Assembly: GCF_009914755.1 (NCBI RefSeq) | Contig: NC_060938.1 | Origin: the human T2T-CHM13v2.0 reference genome, Homo sapiens | Reading direction: 5' to 3' (one strand) | Length of the DNA: 64,000 nt | Part shown: positions 17,145-28,761 of the stretch, in pieces | How the letters are laid out: each line of letters opens with the position of its first letter | Position numbering within the stretch: position 1 is the first letter of the stretch | Notes under the pieces: generated by a model | The model's database searches: none | What the model saw: only the letters and a program-made list of their open reading frames with translations | What the model was told of the DNA's origin: nothing | Program-made: the position numbers and the translations under genes

Positions 17145-20077
17145 AGGATTCTTGGTTAGAATGGCATCTGGGTTCAATGTAGCAAAACAGATGGAGAATT
17201 CCCATGGCTAGGCATGAGACAGGTGCCCTCCTAGACAGGGGAATTCTGGGCTCAAAGGAGGTGGAGAGGCTGGTGCAGGGAGGGTGGCGAGGGGGTGACA
17301 GCTGGGAGGAGCACATTCCCCCACACCCATCCATCTTTCCTGGTGTCACATCACCTACTCTGGTTTCCTCCTTTCACAGTGAAGAGTTTGAAGCCCAGAG
17401 AGGGTCAGGGCCTTGTTGAGGCTATACAGCAAGTCAGTGACAAAGCTGGAACAAGTCTTGGCTTTCCCAGCACTCAGATCATGAACTGAGACAGCTGTGT
17501 CCTCAGATCTCAGATGATGAATGTCAGAATTGGGCTGTGACATTGGTCTCAAGCATCATGTTGGGTTCATTATGCCTCCCAAGCTGTTCCTTATAACATC
17601 AGGTCTCCAAAACCTGCTCTCTCCTGGCCCTTCTATCAGAGGCAGCACCCTGCACTCCTAAAAGCTAGTGCCTGGGAGGGCGACTGGAGAGGAGAAAGTC
17701 GCCATCTGGCCAAGGACCCCATGGTGTACGGACACTGAGGCCAAGCTTTAAACCAAAAGAATGAAGGCTTCATGGTGACATTTCTGGGATCGGGGCAGGT
17801 GGGAGCACTCTTTGCGGGGCCAGGGACAGGGAAGCGAGTCACTCCCTGCCTAATCTCACACCATTTCTACCCGGGAGCATAAAATAAGGGACCAAGAGCA
17901 ACCCGGCAGGGTGCAGGGAAGAGAATCTCGCCTATGGTCAAACAACCTGTTGAACTGGGCAATAAATAAACCCAAGTGTGACCAGGCCCTGTCACTTACT
18001 GGCAGGGGGCCTGGGGTAAATGACTTCACTTCTTTGAGCACTAGCTTCATAGCTGTACAATGGAGAAAAGAATCCTTTGGACAGGGATGAGGAATAACTG
18101 ACGTAATGCATGAGTGGGCACCAGGTGAGGAAGCCCTCCCTGTACCTGCACACAGGTTGAGCTCCTGCCCGAGAGATGGTAGATTTCTTCCCGGAGAGCC
18201 TGCTGCACTCCCCAGGACCATTTCAGCAGGAAGGGGCTCCTGCTCAGCAGTGAACAGCATCTGAGTTTGGCAAATTTTCCATTAAATTATCCAACTGTTT
18301 ACTGCCTGCCAGCTGCCTAACCCTATGCTAAGCAAACATCAGCCTCAGCGTCACCATCATTGCCACACTTACTAACACCTGGTGTTTTACAGGCACCGTA
18401 TCATCTAATCTGTCCTCAAAGCTTACCCTATAAGGTGCAAATTATTAGCCCTATTTTATAGATAGAAAAATTGAGCCCCAAAGAGCATTAAATAACTCAC
18501 TAAAAATCACAGAGCTACTTGCTTACAAAACTGAGATGTAATCCTAAATGTTTTGTCTGGGATTAAACAGATTTCACTCCAAAACCTGACATTGAATCAT
18601 CTCTGTGTACAAAGCTGAAGCCAGAAGTCTTGAATCAGAAAACTTCAGAGGCAGCCTGGCTAAATGAAGAGGGGAGCATCAGTCTGTGGCTAAAATTAAA
18701 GGCTCTGAGGCCAGATTGCTCCACGTCAACTTGCTATTAGCTGTGTGACCTTGGACAAGTTACTTAACCTCTCTGAACCTCAGTTTCCTGGAGATGAGAA
18801 AGGTGGACTTTGTCATAGAGCTATTGTGAAATTAAATACACATAAAATGCCAAGAAGTGCCTGCTGCGCAGCAAGTTCTCGAGAATACCAGTTCTTGCTG
18901 CTATTGCTGCAGGTCTTTTAGAGGCGTTCTATAGGAAACTGGCCACCTTGGCCTTGGTCATCTTTTTGACCTGTCTCCAAAACTCAGTGCAGGAAAAATT
19001 AAATCCTTCCAACACTTCAGAGATCAAGGTCGGGTGGGGTGAGGAGAGGGGACAGAAGTCAAAGGTTATCATGTTTTGCCCAAGAGAACAGAGAGGTTGA
19101 GCAACTGTCTGAAGTCACCGAGCATCAGAGAGGCCTCAAGTCCAGTCCAGGTTTCCTGTTCCCCATCCAGCGCCTGAGACCCAAGAGAAACAGTGACACT
19201 AGGGCCAGGTTCAAGAGTTTAGGGACTGGAGCCAGGTGCCTGAGCCCGAATTATGGATGGTGTGTGATTTGGGGCCAGTTATTCACCTCTCTGTCCCCAT
19301 CTTCCTCATCTGTAAAATGGGAATCACACTAGTAACTGCCTTGGAGGGTTATGAGGCTTAATCACGCACTGAGCTTAGCCGTGGCCTGGTGCAGAGCGAT
19401 TATTCAGGAATGCCAGCTTGAGCCCTGGGTGACAGTGCCCCTCACAGCTTCCTGTCCTCCACTGGGACAGGAGGGCCCAGAGGTCCACGGTGCATGGGGA
19501 GGCCCATTTTGATGTAAGGCTGAGGCCTGGCACAGGTCTGTTCCTGGTCATATCTGGAGGGGATGGAGAATGTGAGCCGGCGTTCCTCCCCACCCCTCTC
19601 TGGACCTTAACCTCCTCATCTATAGAAGGGGAGAAAGATGCATGCCCAAGCAGTAGGAGAGGTGGTGAGGCTTATAGGAGACAACAGACAGGAGCCCCCG
19701 ACAGACAGAGGAGCTGTGCAAACAGAAAGAAATGGCTGCGCTTTGTTGCTGTTGCTGTATCTTGGCTGGTGTCCCCCATCCTGGGGTGCCAGGACTGCAG
19801 ACCTAGACACCCTCATCCACTTCTGCTTACAGGAACCAGTGTATCCACCAGGAGGTACCGAGGGGGGACCGGGCAGGACTGGGAAACAGGACACAACCCT
19901 CATGGCTGCTGTTATTATGAAAATAGGAGCTCAGCTGCAGCCTCTCCATCTGCCCTGCACCTCAGCAGGCGGATACCCACTCCACAACCCCCCTCCTGCC
20001 CCAGACCTGCTGCCTGCCTGGGCCATGGGGAGCTCAGAAGCCTCTCCAGAACCTCTCACAGTGAAAGGCATACTTAC

Positions 20078-20181
20078 GATTCACTGTCCCAGGTCAGTGG
20101 TGGTGCCTGAAGCTGAGGAGACAGGGCCCTGTCCTCGTCCGTATTTAAGCAGTGGATCCAGAGGGGCAACGGGGGAGGCTG
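20078..20181 (-). other. SERPINA1: SERPINA1 non-coding exon Ic (104 bp when spliced from upstream exons; hepatocyte TSS is internal, ~20120)
   Basis: Donor GTGAATC|gtaagt at 20077; acceptor caccag|CAGCCTCC; matches the recalled SERPINA1 5'UTR. Confidence 0.92.
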
Positions 20182-20245
20182 CTGGTGAATATTAACCAAG
20201 GTCACCCCAGTTATCGGAGGAGCAAACAGGGGCTAAGTCCACTGG
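20120..20245 (-). promoter_or_regulatory. Hepatocyte promoter of SERPINA1
   Basis: Minus-strand motifs: TATA-like TTAAATA (20148-20142), HNF1 site TGGTTAATATTCACC (20198-20184), FOXA TGTTTGCT (20228-20221), HNF4-type TGGACTTAGCCC (20241-20230). Confidence 0.93.
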
Positions 20246-20318
20246 CTGGGATCTGAGTCGCCCGCCTACGCTGCCCGGACGCTTTGCCTGGGCAGTGTAC
20301 AGCTTCCACTGCACTTAC

Positions 20319-20528
20319 CGAAAGGAGTCATTGTACCTGGCTCAGAAACCACAGCGTCCTGTGTCCAAGGTGGAGGGGGTGGCGTGAGTCAGACAGTCTC
20401 TGGGAGAGTACCACTTAGCTGGCCCTCTGCTCTCACTGCAGAATCCTTAGTGGCTGTTCCACTGGTAGCAAGATCTACCATTTACTGAGTCACCCCAAAA
20501 TGCCTGATGCTGAAGACTTACTGCCGCC
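20319..20528 (-). other. SERPINA1: SERPINA1 non-coding exon Ib (alternative donor at 20337)
   Basis: Acceptor atctcccag|GGCGGCAG; donors CTTTCG|gtaagt (20318) and GCCAG|gtacaa (20336). Confidence 0.85.
20380..20495. promoter_or_regulatory. Proximal upstream enhancer segment with two perfect AP-1 sites (overlaps exon Ib)
   Basis: TGAGTCA at 20385-20391 and 20486-20492. Confidence 0.55.
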
Positions 20529-21976
20529 CTGGGAGATCAGAGTGGGTTAGAGCCCATTTGACAGATGAGGAAACAGGCTCAGAGCGGAGAGACCGCTCAT
20601 CCAAAGTTACCCAGTCAGCCTTAGACACAAACACCCTCTTGATGGTCCCGATGGAAAAATGGAGCATGACTGAGGCAGACACAACCGTCAGGCTGGCATG
20701 GGGGGCCGTGAGACAGGGTAGAGGTGGGGAAGCACATCTGTAAAGAAGAGCTGTGCTGCCTCAGGCAGGCCGCTTCACCTCTCTGAACCAGGAACTGTTT
20801 CACCTGCATCCCAAAGAGTTGGAAGTTTCATTCCCAAGCATGCTTGTGAAGTGCCTCGGGTGAAGTGCCTGGCACACAGTAGGCTCTTTATGTGGGTCTG
20901 CACAGCCCTCTGCTTAGTCTGCCCCCCAGGCTGCTCAGAGCAGGAGGAGGTTCAATTTTGACCAGCCTCAGGCCTGTTTCTGTTTTTGCTCCTGGAAAAC
21001 CAGTGTGATCCATATACAGCTTGGAGTTTCTTTGGATACATGGCCCCCACTCTGGGGTTGTTGGAGGCCTTTGGAGACTGCTGGGGGTGGAGGGGAGGGG
21101 AGGTACAGGGTTGAGGCTAGTGGGGCCCCACTTGATTGCAATCCCTTTAAAAGCCTAAATCAGATTGCATCGCCCGCTGTGCAACCCGCAAACCTGCTTG
21201 GGAGCTGGCGTACGTGCCGTAGATACTTGCAGAGTGAATGGATGAGTGCATTTTTGCCCCTTCTGTCATTCACCAGTCCCATTTATGCCTCCACCTTGGG
21301 GCTCTACCAGGCGAGTGACCCACAGGATCCTCCAGCACACACATTCAGACCAGGGAACCCACTTACTGGCTGTGAGGCCTCAGGTGAGTTGTTTAACCGC
21401 TCCGAGCCTCAATTTCCCTATCTGTAAAATGGGGATGGTGACTGTATGTACCTTGTTGAGCTGCTGTGAGGATTAAAATGCAACAGTTCAAGGAAAGCTC
21501 AGAGACGGGTACTGGGTGTGCCCAGAAAGCCCCTCCTGATGCTGCCCTCCCTCCCCCGTGTCAGGGGCCCTGGTGTCACTGGGGTGGGGTGGGCCACACT
21601 TGAAGAGCTTTCCTCCAGGCAGTCTCTCATTCAGTTACCCTGTGAAGGGAGTAGGTACCACCCTCCTTTCAGGCAGCGGGAAACTGAGCTCAGACTCCCC
21701 TCCCCTTCTCTCTGAGCTCCCTTCCCTGCAGCTCCATCCCCTGGCTTCAGGGCCCCTGTCCTTCCCCTGAGCTGGCTGAATGGATATTCCGCTGCTCTAC
21801 ATCCACTCACAGCTCCAGCGCTGGGCTGTGGTTGAGGTCACCTGCCCTCGGTAGCTCCTGGGCATTTCTTCCCCTCTCTGGGCCTTTGTTTTCCCATCTG
21901 CACAATGACCCCCACTCTAAGCCCTGCTGTCCCTCCCACCTGTGGAACTGAGTGAGCAGCAGCAGCAATGTCCCAC

Positions 21977-22212
21977 CTTTCCTGCTCTCCTCAAGCTCTC
22001 CTCAAGCTCTGTCTCTTCTGGCAGGCACAGGAGAGTGGCCTGAAGGCTGGCAGGAGGTTGCCGCCCCTCCAACCTGGAATTCCTGGCAGCAGCAGCAGCT
22101 AGGCCTTCCTCGGAGGCCCGACCCCCTCCTCCTTCTTGGTTCAGCTCAGGACTCTGAGGGTTGCTGCGTGGAGGCAGTGCATGCCCTGGGCAGAGTGCCC
22201 AGTTCCTGCCCA
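21977..22212 (-). other. SERPINA1: SERPINA1 non-coding exon Ia (myeloid first exon; alternative donor at 21940; 5' end approximate)
   Basis: Recognised 5'UTR TGGGCAGGAACTGGGCAC...GAGCAGGAAAG|gtggga; second donor CCACAG|gtggga. Confidence 0.85.
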
Positions 22213-22290
22213 CCCAGGAAGTAGACTTCGGGTGGAGGCAGTAGGCTGGGGAGGGGCGGGGAGCTTGGACAGGAAGGAGCCTTGCTCATT
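22213..22290 (-). promoter_or_regulatory. Monocyte/macrophage TATA-less promoter upstream of exon Ia
   Basis: GC box GGGGAGGGGCGGGG (22248-22261), ETS cores CAGGAAGT (22215-22222) and CAGGAAGG (~22270); ~2.1 kb upstream of the hepatocyte start, as known for this gene. Confidence 0.7.
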
Positions 22291-24263
22291 GCCCGGCAGA
22301 CACAAGACTGGGCCCTCATAAACTCAGACAGCCCGGCATGTCACCTGTTGTACCTGCCCTTTCAGCTCTGTGACCCGGGACAAGTCACCCTCTCCCTTTG
22401 AGTTGCCGCAAGAGGTACAGTCACACTGCCCAGAGGATTACTAGAAATGACAGGCCTCGCCCTCCTGGCACAGACCTGGCACCAATAACTGGCAGGTTTC
22501 TGGGGCCAGCTGCAGAGGGAAGAGGACTGAGCCACCTATGAAATGCCCAGTGGGCAGCCCCACAGTTGGGCAGGTCTGTGTGCACTGGGGAGGTGTGTGT
22601 CATAGGACCTGGCTGGGTGCAGAAGGGATTGCAGTGGGGAGCTGGGGCTTTTGGAGGAGGAATGAAGAAAGCATGGGTGGGAGCAGGTGAGGCAAGTAAG
22701 GGGCTCAGAATTTGGGGTCCTGCTCTTTTGGCAGGGCTCTAGGCTCAGCCCCCGCCCTGCTCTGGACATCCATCCTGGGAGGAAGGGCTAGGATAATCTG
22801 GAAAAACGCACCAGGACAAAATCCCGGGGGTTGTGGTGGGAGGGGTGGGAGTACTCAGTGGCCATTCACAAGGATACTGTGCCCCCAGGAACCCCAGGAC
22901 ATGAGGGGGAAAGTCTTGTCCACCTGGTTACTTCCACAATTGTCTATTGCAGCATCTGGGCTGATCCCCCCAGAGGAAATGCATCATGGGAAGATCCTGT
23001 GAGCTGGTCATGAGTAAGGGGCATCTGGGGGAGGCCCTGCCCCACCACAGGGCCCTGCCTGGAGATGGGAGCCTGGTGGTATGGGCTGGATAGGGATGTG
23101 AGAGTCGAGATTTGGGGTCTGCAGCAAGAAATCGGGTAAGGGGGTGAGGTGTGCCAGTGGCCCTGGGCCAAGTAAATCAAGACTGAGTGGCTGGTCAGGA
23201 GAACAACAGTGGACTTCATGGGAGCTGAACTCATTGGCAAAGTGCCCCCGGAGAGTGCTGGCCACCCCACAAACACACACACCCCATGCACACCCTCACT
23301 ATGCACCCTCCTTCCCAGGCACCAGCTTCCTTCTTTGAGAGTCAGTGCAGGTCACTGGTTAAGGCGTGGGTTCGGGATCTAATATCTGGGGCCAAGCCTT
23401 AGCTCCATCGCTCTTTTTGTGAGCTCTTAGACAAGCCACTTAACCTCTCTGTGCCTCGGTTTCCTCATCTGTGAGATAGGAAGACTCTAAGAAGAGTCAC
23501 TTCCATCAGGACTGTGAAGATCGAATGAGATAATAACACTTAAGCACTTCGGGCAGCCTCTGGCATGTGATGGGCCCCAAGTCAATGCTAACCACCAAAG
23601 GCCATGACCTTTGGGGATGTGTCCTGGCTCTGAAAAACCATATAGATGGGTCTCAGGGGTCTAAGTGGGGGAACAACTGCTGCGTTTGGCCCCAGATTTG
23701 GGGAGCAGCACCTGTTGTTGAGGGACACCTCCTCAGATTCAAACTTCCATTTTTTCCAGAAAAAGGCTGTCAATCCCCTCTTTAGGGGCCGTGCTCATTT
23801 TGGCTTTCCGAAGGTGAAGGGCCAGGTGCCTTCAGCATCTTTCTGAGCACCTGTGACATGCAGAGGATGTGGGGTGACTGCAGCTAGGCGGACTTGGATC
23901 CGGGGGAGGCCCTCAGTTCTCTGAGCCTTGGTTTCCTCATCTATAAAATAGGGATAAAAGTTTCTTTCCCACATAGCTCTTCTGAGGCTTAGATGAGGCG
24001 ATGCTGGTGGGGTGTTTAACACAGAGCTCTGTTAGCATAATGGACACTTGTGTCTGTCTTCTTATAACTCATTTAATGAATGAATGAAGTTTGCACCATT
24101 TGTTCACCTCCTCCAGTCACCTTTCAAATTAGCCAACTTGCAAAACCCCAGCAGACACACTTTCCTTCTGTGTGTAATCTCCTGAGCCACTTCCTGTGTG
24201 TTGGGGAGGGGAGGGGGGATTTCTGCATTTTCTGGAACTATGTGGCCTACTCACAGCTTCTTC

Positions 24264-24571
24264 TTTTTTTTTTTTTTTTTGAGACAGAGTCTCACTCAGT
24301 CACCCAGGCTGGAGTACAGTGGCGCAATCTTGGCTTACTGCAAACTCCACCTCTCGAATTCTGGAATTACGAGCGATTCTCGTGCCTCAGCCTCCAGAGT
24401 AGCTGGCATTACAGGCATGTGCTACCAATTCCAGTTAATTTTTGTATTTTTAGTAGTGACAGGGTTTCAGCATGTTGGCCAGGCTGGTCTCAAACTCCTG
24501 GCCTCAAGTTATCTGCCCGCCTCGGCCTCCCAAAGTGCTGGAATTACAGGTGTGAGCCACTGTGCCTGGCC
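24264..24571 (-). mobile_element. Alu
   Basis: Reverse Alu consensus with T tail. Confidence 0.95.
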
Positions 24572-25899
24572 TTTACTCTTTATCCTTACTCAGACAGAGA
24601 AAAATAAGGCAAAGCTATACATTATAAGGGGCAACATAGTTAAAAGAAGGAATAAAAATGCATCTATAGCTTCATCCCCTTCTTGTTAAAATTACTAAAA
24701 CTCATGTTTTATTGCAGCTAACCTTTTCTGAACTTTATTTTAACTTTACTCTTTTGAGGTTATGGGCCTTGATGGTCATTACGGATTGGAAGCTTTTAAG
24801 AGACTCAATGTGTCCTATTGAACTATAATTATGATTTGATTTTAGATGGTCAACTTGTCGCATTTTGGTCAATAGGAACCCTTTTAAGTTATCTCTTTAT
24901 CCCTTTGACAATCTCTGCTGATGTTTCAGCAACACACACTTGCTTTCTGGCAAGGCCACCATGTTCATGTTCCAGGTCTGTCTTCATTTTCTCTTGCCCC
25001 AAGACATGGCACTGGGGTATCTTCCCTGGGAGAGAAAGCAAGCACGCAGTGACAGAGGCCTTCTGGGAACCACAGGCAGGGCTGAGCGTGCAAGACTCAC
25101 CCTTGCGTGGGGACTATGGGAGACCCAGCAGGACTTGAGGGCTTATTATTCAGAAATACATGCCCTGCGTGGGTGGCTTAGATAACAGAGAGCAATAGGG
25201 CTCTTAATTTGCCCAACTCCGACCTTGGCTTCAAATTGTTCGATTTACCCTGTTGACTCCTTCATGTTGATTTTGAGCATTTCTATTTGCTTGGTTTTAA
25301 CAGGCCTCTTGCTTCCGAAATTTTATAATATAAATCTCCAAATACTCCAGCGGTGGTGTGCCACCCCCTGAATCGCGGCTGAGACTCCTTGCACATGTGG
25401 CCTCTGCCAGGCCCTGTCTTAAACACTTCACATGCATCACCTCACTCTATCCTGTGCAGTGAGTACCACTGTTACTGCCTTAGAACAGATGAGGAAACTG
25501 AGGCAGAGTGTTACCCTGATGCTGAAACAGGTACCTCCCTCTCTCCCTTCCTCTCTTTCTCCCTGCTTGCTGCTTCCCCAACACTTCCTACACATCCCTT
25601 TGTAACATTAGCATAATAGGTAACAGTGAGCACGTGGCTCATGCCAGAGCCATTCCAAGCATTGGTTACAGATTAACTCCTCGTCCTCACATCAAGCCTA
25701 TGAAGTCGATATTTCTGTTATCCCATTTTACAGATGAGGAAACTGAGGTTCATAGACGTCGAGCACCTAGCCCTGGGTCACAGAGCTGGCAAGTGGTGGA
25801 GGGCAGATTCTAACCAGGCTGTGAGGCGCATGACCCCAAAGCTCGGTGGCATCACCAGGCTGCAAGTAACTGGAGGGCAGGGACTGTGTTTTTTCCATC

Positions 25900-28200
25900 T
25901 CTGTGGCTTTGTACTGAGCACAGAATAGGTGATCAAAGGTTGCTTCATGAACTGAGTTAATCAAGGGTCATGGAAATGGAGCATTTCTTTAATCAGATGG
26001 CTGAGGTGTCTTGCCAGGGTGAAAGTGTGAAAACCTCGCATATGCTAAAAATTTGTGTGAGGCGTGCAACTTCTTAGGTAAAACAAAACAAAACAAACCC
26101 AGTTGCTTTACTATTCAAGCTGGAGTCTAACACTGAGGAGGGAGAGGTTAGCAGGCTGCCAAAGCCTCCCAGCCAGGACCTAGAACCCAGTGCCAAGCCT
26201 GGGCTTCCACCACCACCCAAGCTGCTTTTCCACCCGCCTCCTCTGTCTGCCCCATGAGAAAAGGGAAACAGTCCGTGGGAGGACAACAGAGCAAGGACTG
26301 AGCTGTCATGATGAAATCCACCGATGAGGAAGGAGGTTGCATCATGCCCCTGCCGTCCCTCTTTCCATTCTCCTTGTGGCCCCTCCTGAGCTCATCAGCA
26401 GAATCCCAGCCAAAGCAACCCATTTGCTGATTGGTTACCAGATGCCAAGGCCTCTGTCAGAAATTTGTGCTCACAAACGTTCATTTCCCCAGCAGCTCTG
26501 CAAGGAAGGTTTTATTATACCTACTTTGCACGTTAGGATTGAAGAGAATATATAAGATGACACTATAAAGCCTCTCTTGAATCCTCCAGCCTCTCCGCAT
26601 CTCCCCTGTGCCACCATCCCTTCCCTGTCTTTATCGATTTACTTTTTATGGACGTGTTATTTGCATGTAGTAAAACTGTAACTCCTAAATACACAGCTCG
26701 ATACATTTTTACATGTGTGTGCATCTGTGTAACCACCATTCTGAGCAAGACAGAGCAAATTCTCCCATCCACAAAGTCCTCTTTCTATCAATGCCTCCCG
26801 AAGGTAACTTCTGTTCTGACTTCTGTCTCCATAGACTGGTTTTTCCCCTTCTAGAAGAGCATGTAAATGGGATAATACACTACTTATGTTTTTGTGTCTG
26901 TCTTCTTTAGTTCAACATCATGTTTCTGAGATTGATCTATGTTGTCACCAATATCAGCAGTGCGCTTATGCTTCTTGCTGAGTCCTATTCCATCATCATT
27001 GTGTGGGCGGACCACAATTAGCCCATTTATTGACGGATGTCTGGGTGGCTTCCACTTTGGTCTGTTATGGGTGAAGCTTCTAAGAGCATTCATGTAGAAG
27101 TCTTTGTATTTTCATTTCTTTTGGGTGGAATGGCTATTTGTAGAGTATGATAAACTGTATTAAAAAAAAACCCTTTTCTCTCCACTCCTTGCTTTTTTTT
27201 TCTCTTCCCTCCTTCCCCTTTCCTTGCTGTCTTGGAAGGATTCCAGGAATTAAGTGGAAAAGAAGTTGGACATAGTTCAAATCCCAGATCTGCCATTAAC
27301 CACCAAGAACCCAGAGCCAGCGACTTCATCTCCTTTATCTGTGGAATGGAGATGATAGTCCTGACATGGTGGGGCTGCAGTGAGGATTACAGAAAGTGCC
27401 TGGTTGAATAAATAGTATTTCCTTACTCTTTCACCCTTGGGACTGTGTGCCTGTTGTTCTGATGGCAGACAAATAGAAATTTAATTCAGTGAAATGACTG
27501 GGAACAAAAAACAACGTTGTTTCAGGAATTTAGTGAAAAATCAATGATTTCCATTCTACTTAAACTGGTTCTCAGGACCTGGTGTTTGGCTCTCCCCCTC
27601 AGAGAGCATTGGGCAAGAAGGGCAAACACAAGCTGGGTCAACATCAGCCCTCCTAGCAAACAATGAGGACGTGTGTGTTCTGGACTTCTCTGCCCTCTTC
27701 CCTCTACCTCTGTTCTCCAGCGGGGCTACGTGGGAAGCAGATAGGGAAGACTCTGTGAAGCGACTTAGGCTCAGGTACTGGAAGCTGTGTGGATGGGATT
27801 CAGGGAGCTGAGGACACACTTGGAGAAGTGCCCTGCTCTCTTGGGATGGAGCCCTCAGGTTTACCAGGGAGGGCAGGGCAAGGCACTTAGGGTGCTGAAG
27901 ACAAACAGTTTGCACACATGTGCATACACACACTAACATCCCCACATAAGACTTTTGGGGGTCTCCTTCCTTATTTTAAGGGCTCTGGAAAAAATGATGG
28001 CCCTGACACCACCCGAAATAGTGTAGACTATGGCAAGATTATGAGATTTGGGAGAGTTAGAGCTAGGCTCAGTTTACTGTGGACAAGTTACTTAACTCCT
28101 TATGGCTTTACTGTCCATATGTGTAAGTGGAGTTTATAGTTCCGAGGTCTTAGAGTTGGTTGCTAAGATGAAATAAATGAGTACACAGAGAGGACCAGCA
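25900..28200. promoter_or_regulatory. Probable serpin-cluster locus control region (about -5.8 to -8.1 kb from hepatic TSS)
   Basis: Interval placed by recalled published distance. Visible motifs: HNF6-type AAATCAAT 27538-27545, FOXA GCAAACA 27622-27628 and 27656-27662, GAS TTCCAGGAA 27241-27249, (AAAAC)n FOX-like run 26080-26098. Confidence 0.55.
26630..27150 (-). mobile_element. Old L1M 3'-end fragment
   Basis: gtaaatgggataatacactac...tagttcaacatcatgtttctgagatt...cttccactttgg, typical reverse L1M 3'UTR. Confidence 0.7.
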
Positions 28201-28219
28201 TAGAGAAGACACTTCATAA

Positions 28220-28761
28220 TGTCAAAGGTATTTGAATAAGAGTGACTCCATCTTGAATAGGGACTGGTTAGAATGAGGCTGAGACTTACTGGGATACATT
28301 CCCAGATTGTTAAGAGATTCTAAGTCACAGGATGAGTTAGGAGGTCAGCACAAGGTCATAAAGAGCTTGCCAATAAAACAGGTTGAAGTAAAGAAGCTGG
28401 CCAAAACCTACCAAAATCAAGATGGCCACAAGAATGACCTCTGGTTGTCTTCACTGCCACACTTTCACCAGCACATAACAGTTCACAAATGCCATGGCAA
28501 TGTCAGGAATTTACTGTATATGGTCTAAAAAGGGAAGGCATGAATAACCCACCCCTTGTTTAGCATATCAAGAAACACCATAAAAATGGGCAACCAGCAG
28601 CCCTCAGGGCTGCTCTGTCTATGGAGTAGCCATGCTTTTATTCCTCTACTTTCTTAATAAGCTTGCTTTCACTTTATTCTGTGACTTACCCTGAATTCTT
28701 TCTTGTGCAAGATCCAAGAACCCTCTCTTGGGGTCTGGATCAGAACCCCTTTCTGGTAACA
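28220..28761 (+). mobile_element. MER41 (A-like) solo LTR, ERV1
   Basis: TGTCA...ctccatcttgaatagg...gatccaagaaccctctcttggggtctggatc...GGTAACA; perfect 4-bp TSD ATAA (28216-19 / 28762-65). Confidence 0.9.

Noticed and set aside
19490-20195. Overlapping 206-aa and 185-aa antisense ORFs at the start of intron I
   Set aside because: No homology recognised; GC-rich promoter-proximal sequence; no visible transcript signals
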